A stretch of DNA of 64,000 nucleotides from Candidatus Hydrogenedentota bacterium (GTDB lineage Bacteria > Hydrogenedentota > Hydrogenedentia > Hydrogenedentales > SLHB01). Shown one piece after another: positions 61,457 through 64,000 of this stretch. The DNA is taken from contig BTWA01000001.1 of the NCBI GenBank assembly GCA_045863295.1, positions 64,001-128,000 of the forward strand, read 5' to 3'. Positions within the stretch are counted from its first letter, which is position 1, and each line of letters opens with the position of its first letter. The notes beneath the pieces were generated by a model. That model was given only the letters and a program-made list of their open reading frames with translations. It ran no database searches and was not told the DNA's origin. The position numbers were made by a program, and so were the translations under genes.

Positions 61457-61726
61457 GCCGGCATTCCTTTGATCCGATGATCCGCGTGCCGATCGAAATT
61501 GAACAGCAACTCCTGTCTTTTCCAACCCATGATGCACCACCTCCAGAGCCTTACGTAGAGCGGGTGAAATCAGCAGAAGCGTTACACATGCGCAACAAAA
61601 CCGAGCACATGTGTTCGATTCGACGCCTATACTCCAGTCGGATAGACATACAGGCGTCGATTGGGCATATGCCCTAAGATTCTTTTGGACAAACACTTAT
61701 ACATAGCTGTTCCGCCGGATGCGCCG

Positions 61727-61743
61727 CTGGCACGCAGTTTGCC
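61727..61743 (+). promoter_or_regulatory. Sigma54 promoter of the Rieske/cytochrome b operon
   Basis: CTGGCACGCAGTTTGCC, near-consensus TGGCACG-N4-TTGC; IHF-like CAAACACTTA about 30 nt upstream. Confidence 0.82.
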
Positions 61744-61789
61744 TATCAGAACCCAACCCTTGTAGCCATGGTGTCTCCGGAGGTGCTGA

Positions 61790-62893
61790 ATGGACGTTTT
61801 TCCCGCTCTCGATCCGATACCCCTTCCCGCACCGGTGTGGGTCTTCAAGGGGTTGCACACGGCGACCCTTGCACTTCATTTTCTTGCAGTTCACTTTCTT
61901 GTGGGGGGGCTCATGTTGGCCACATGGTGGTCACTACGGGGACGACTGCAACGCGATCCCATGATGCTGACGGCGTCCGGGTTGGTCGTACACCGCCTTC
62001 CTCTGGTCATGACCTTTGTCATCAACCTGGGTGTACCGCCGCTCCTCTTTACACAAGTTCTTTACGGCCGAGCTTTTTACACGGGCAGCGTGCTCATCGG
62101 GTTTTGGTGGCTGAGTGTTGTGCCCTTCGCAATAATCGGTTACACAATGCTTTACATCATGGAAAAGATGGCCGCGGGGCGCCGCTTTACGGCGTGGGTT
62201 GGCCTTATAGCCATTGTCGTGGTCCTCAAAGTCGGCATGATTTTTAGCCGGACAATGACCCTCATGCTCCAACCCGAAGGCTGGAACGACATGTATCGAT
62301 CCAGCGCCTTGGGCATGCACTTTGGCGCAACCAGCGACATGTGGGCGCGATGGAGCTTCATGACACTGGCCGCGGTAGGCGTCACTGGCATTGCTTTGAT
62401 GCTAATGGCGTTGAAGAGTGGTATTACACCGGACGTGGCTACGTTCCTGCGCAAGCGAGGGGGTTGGGTGCTGGCCGTGTTCTCCGGTGTGCAACTCATA
62501 CTGGCCGTTTGGGTTCTGCAGACCCAACCTGCGCCCGTGCGAGAAGCACTGATGGCGAGCACAGGCTACAAGATTATTGCGGGACTCTGGGCGCTTAGCG
62601 CCGTAGGCCTGATCGCGATGGGTCTATGGAGTGTCCGATCGGCGTCACCATGGCTCGCATGGGGAGCATTGGCCAAGGGCTTTGTAAACACCGTGTTGCT
62701 CGTTCTCTTTCGCGACGGTATCCGCGATGTAACCCTGACTCAAGCAGGCTTCAACGTGTGGGATCAGCCGGTTGTTACAAATTGGTCCACGGTGGGTCTG
62801 TTTCTCATTCTGTTCGTGGCCGCTGTCGCAATTGTGTTGTGGATGAGTTGGGTGATGCTTCGGGCCAAACCGGCGGAGGAACGCTACGCATGA
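61790..62893 (+). CDS. Polytopic membrane protein, first gene of the Rieske/cytochrome b operon
   Basis: GGAGG RBS; about 9 TM helices; LHFLAVHFLVGG and NLGVPPLLFTQVLYG motifs. Confidence 0.75.
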   Translation: MDVFPALDPIPLPAPVWVFKGLHTATLALHFLAVHFLVGGLMLATWWSLRGRLQRDPMMLTASGLVVHRLPLVMTFVINLGVPPLLFTQVLYGRAFYTGSVLIGFWWLSVVPFAIIGYTMLYIMEKMAAGRRFTAWVGLIAIVVVLKVGMIFSRTMTLMLQPEGWNDMYRSSALGMHFGATSDMWARWSFMTLAAVGVTGIALMLMALKSGITPDVATFLRKRGGWVLAVFSGVQLILAVWVLQTQPAPVREALMASTGYKIIAGLWALSAVGLIAMGLWSVRSASPWLAWGALAKGFVNTVLLVLFRDGIRDVTLTQAGFNVWDQPVVTNWSTVGLFLILFVAAVAIVLWMSWVMLRAKPAEERYA

Positions 62894-62906
62894 AGGAAGA
62901 CTTCCG

Positions 62907-63380
62907 ATGAGCAAACCAGCCAAGACGCCGCCGCACGGTGAGCCGGTTGGCCGCCGCCGGTTCGTGCAAGTCAGCGTTGGAGCTGTTGGCGCCTGCTACG
63001 CGGCGGTCATTGGATACCCGGTGTACCGCTACCTGGCCACGCCGGCGGTGCGTGCCGAAGCATTGGGGGCGATCACCGAAGTCGCCATTCCTGAGAGCGA
63101 CCTGCCCAAGGCGGGCAGCGTGCTCCGGTTCATGTTTGGTTCCCGGCCAGCCATGTTGATCCACCACACCACCGGCGAGATGGTGTGCTTCGACGCGCAA
63201 TGCACGCATCTCGGTTGCACTGTGCAATTCCAAGCAGAGCAAAATCGCATCTACTGTGCTTGCCACGGCGGCGTGTACGACATGCACACCGGCAAGAATG
63301 TGGCTGGGCCGCCCCCAAAGCCATTGAAACAATACAACGTGGAGGTCGCCGATGGGCAAGTCGTCATCTCTCGCGCATAA
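62907..63380 (+). CDS. Rieske 2Fe-2S subunit of a cytochrome bc/b6f-type complex
   Basis: Tat-like GRRRFV plus TM helix; CTHLGC and CACHGG; GPPPKPL. Confidence 0.96.
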   Translation: MSKPAKTPPHGEPVGRRRFVQVSVGAVGACYAAVIGYPVYRYLATPAVRAEALGAITEVAIPESDLPKAGSVLRFMFGSRPAMLIHHTTGEMVCFDAQCTHLGCTVQFQAEQNRIYCACHGGVYDMHTGKNVAGPPPKPLKQYNVEVADGQVVISRA

Positions 63381-64000
63381 GCCGAGCGGGTCTCCGCTTT
63401 ACGACTGGTTGAACGACCGCCTCGATTTGGATGCGGCGATGGAACTCGCCAAGGCAAAACAGGTGCCGCTGCACAAGCACACTTACTGGTACTATTGGGG
63501 CGGGATCTCTCTCTTCTTCTTCCTCGTTCAACTGGTAAGCGGCGTATTGCTTCTGGTGTACTACAGACCGGGACCCGAAGCCTACGATTCCGTGCGGCAA
63601 ATTACGTACGACATTGAATTCGGCTGGCTCGTCCGATCCGCGCACTCCTGGTCCGCCAATTTGATGGTCGTGGCCATTTTTGTGCACATGTTTTCGGTCT
63701 TCTTCATGAAGGCGTATCGAAAGCCACGGGAATTCGGCTGGTGGAGCGGACTCGCCCTCGCTGGACTGACGCTTGTTTTCGGATTCAGCGGCTATCTGTT
63801 GCCGATGGACGAACTGGCATACTTCGCCACCAAAGTTGGGCTTGAGATTCCACAGGCGATCCCGGGCGTGGGGCAAGCTATCGTTACGCTTGTGCAAGGT
63901 GGAGAGAATGTAACCGAGGTGACCATCCAGCGGTTCTTCGCGTTGCATGCCGTTGTGTTGCCGCTGCTCTTTATTCCGCTGTTGGCGTTTCACTTGTGGC
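63352..64000 (+). CDS. Cytochrome b/b6 N-terminal domain (runs off the window end; absent from the ORF track)
   Basis: GGAGGT RBS and ATG 63352; translates LYDWLNDRL..YYWGG..QLVSG..YYRP..AYDSV..GWLVRSAHSWSANLM..VHM..GYLLP..RFFALH. Confidence 0.95.
   Translation, partial: MGKSSSLAHKPSGSPLYDWLNDRLDLDAAMELAKAKQVPLHKHTYWYYWGGISLFFFLVQLVSGVLLLVYYRPGPEAYDSVRQITYDIEFGWLVRSAHSWSANLMVVAIFVHMFSVFFMKAYRKPREFGWWSGLALAGLTLVFGFSGYLLPMDELAYFATKVGLEIPQAIPGVGQAIVTLVQGGENVTEVTIQRFFALHAVVLPLLFIPLLAFHLW

Noticed and set aside
61477..61677. 66-aa ORF upstream of the Rieske operon
   Set aside because: No RBS or motif, and it overlaps the likely sigma54 enhancer region.
63364..63993. 209-aa minus-strand ORF
   Set aside because: Antisense to the cytochrome b gene, which the ORF track omits because its stop lies outside the window.
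1..64000. CRISPR arrays, IS elements, prophage, retron or other defence loci
   Set aside because: No regularly spaced direct repeats and no transposase, reverse transcriptase, integrase or phage structural motifs were seen.

Overview
A 64-kb, GC-rich bacterial chromosomal segment with about 50 genes and one tRNA. I found no integrase, transposase, CRISPR array or prophage. The DUF1559-type pilin-like protein (NH..PyGGNVLY.DGHVEF), the carboxypeptidase-regulatory repeat protein and the many secreted glycan enzymes suggest Candidatus Hydrogenedentes or a PVC-like lineage; this is an inference and was not tested. Housekeeping content: greA (partial)-carB-rsmI; ftsK-rodZ-like-pgsA-alr-NYN; Nudix-pncA-pncB-ispE; tandem hsp20; nagA; tRNA-Lys(UUU); an AsmA-family gene; and the start of a Rieske/cytochrome b operon. 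Best candidates for undescribed biology: (1) two tandem lipoprotein paralogs that look like stand-alone class II terpene cyclase beta-domains (DADTT = DxDTT motif plus QW-like motif); (2) a gene-free ~450-nt region at 20.0-20.45 kb packed with nested inverted repeats behind a TTGACA element, a candidate large structured ncRNA; (3) NrdR-box-like sites overlapping the ftsK promoter; (4) three sigma-54 promoters (hsp20, pilin, Rieske/cytochrome b operon); (5) a twin-palindrome BlaI operator; (6) several apparent pseudo-enzymes and fusions (HisKA without catalytic domain, metal-less S1/P1-PLC-like domain, MshEN-HDOD, acyltransferase-esterase). All family assignments come from motif recognition by eye, not from database searches.
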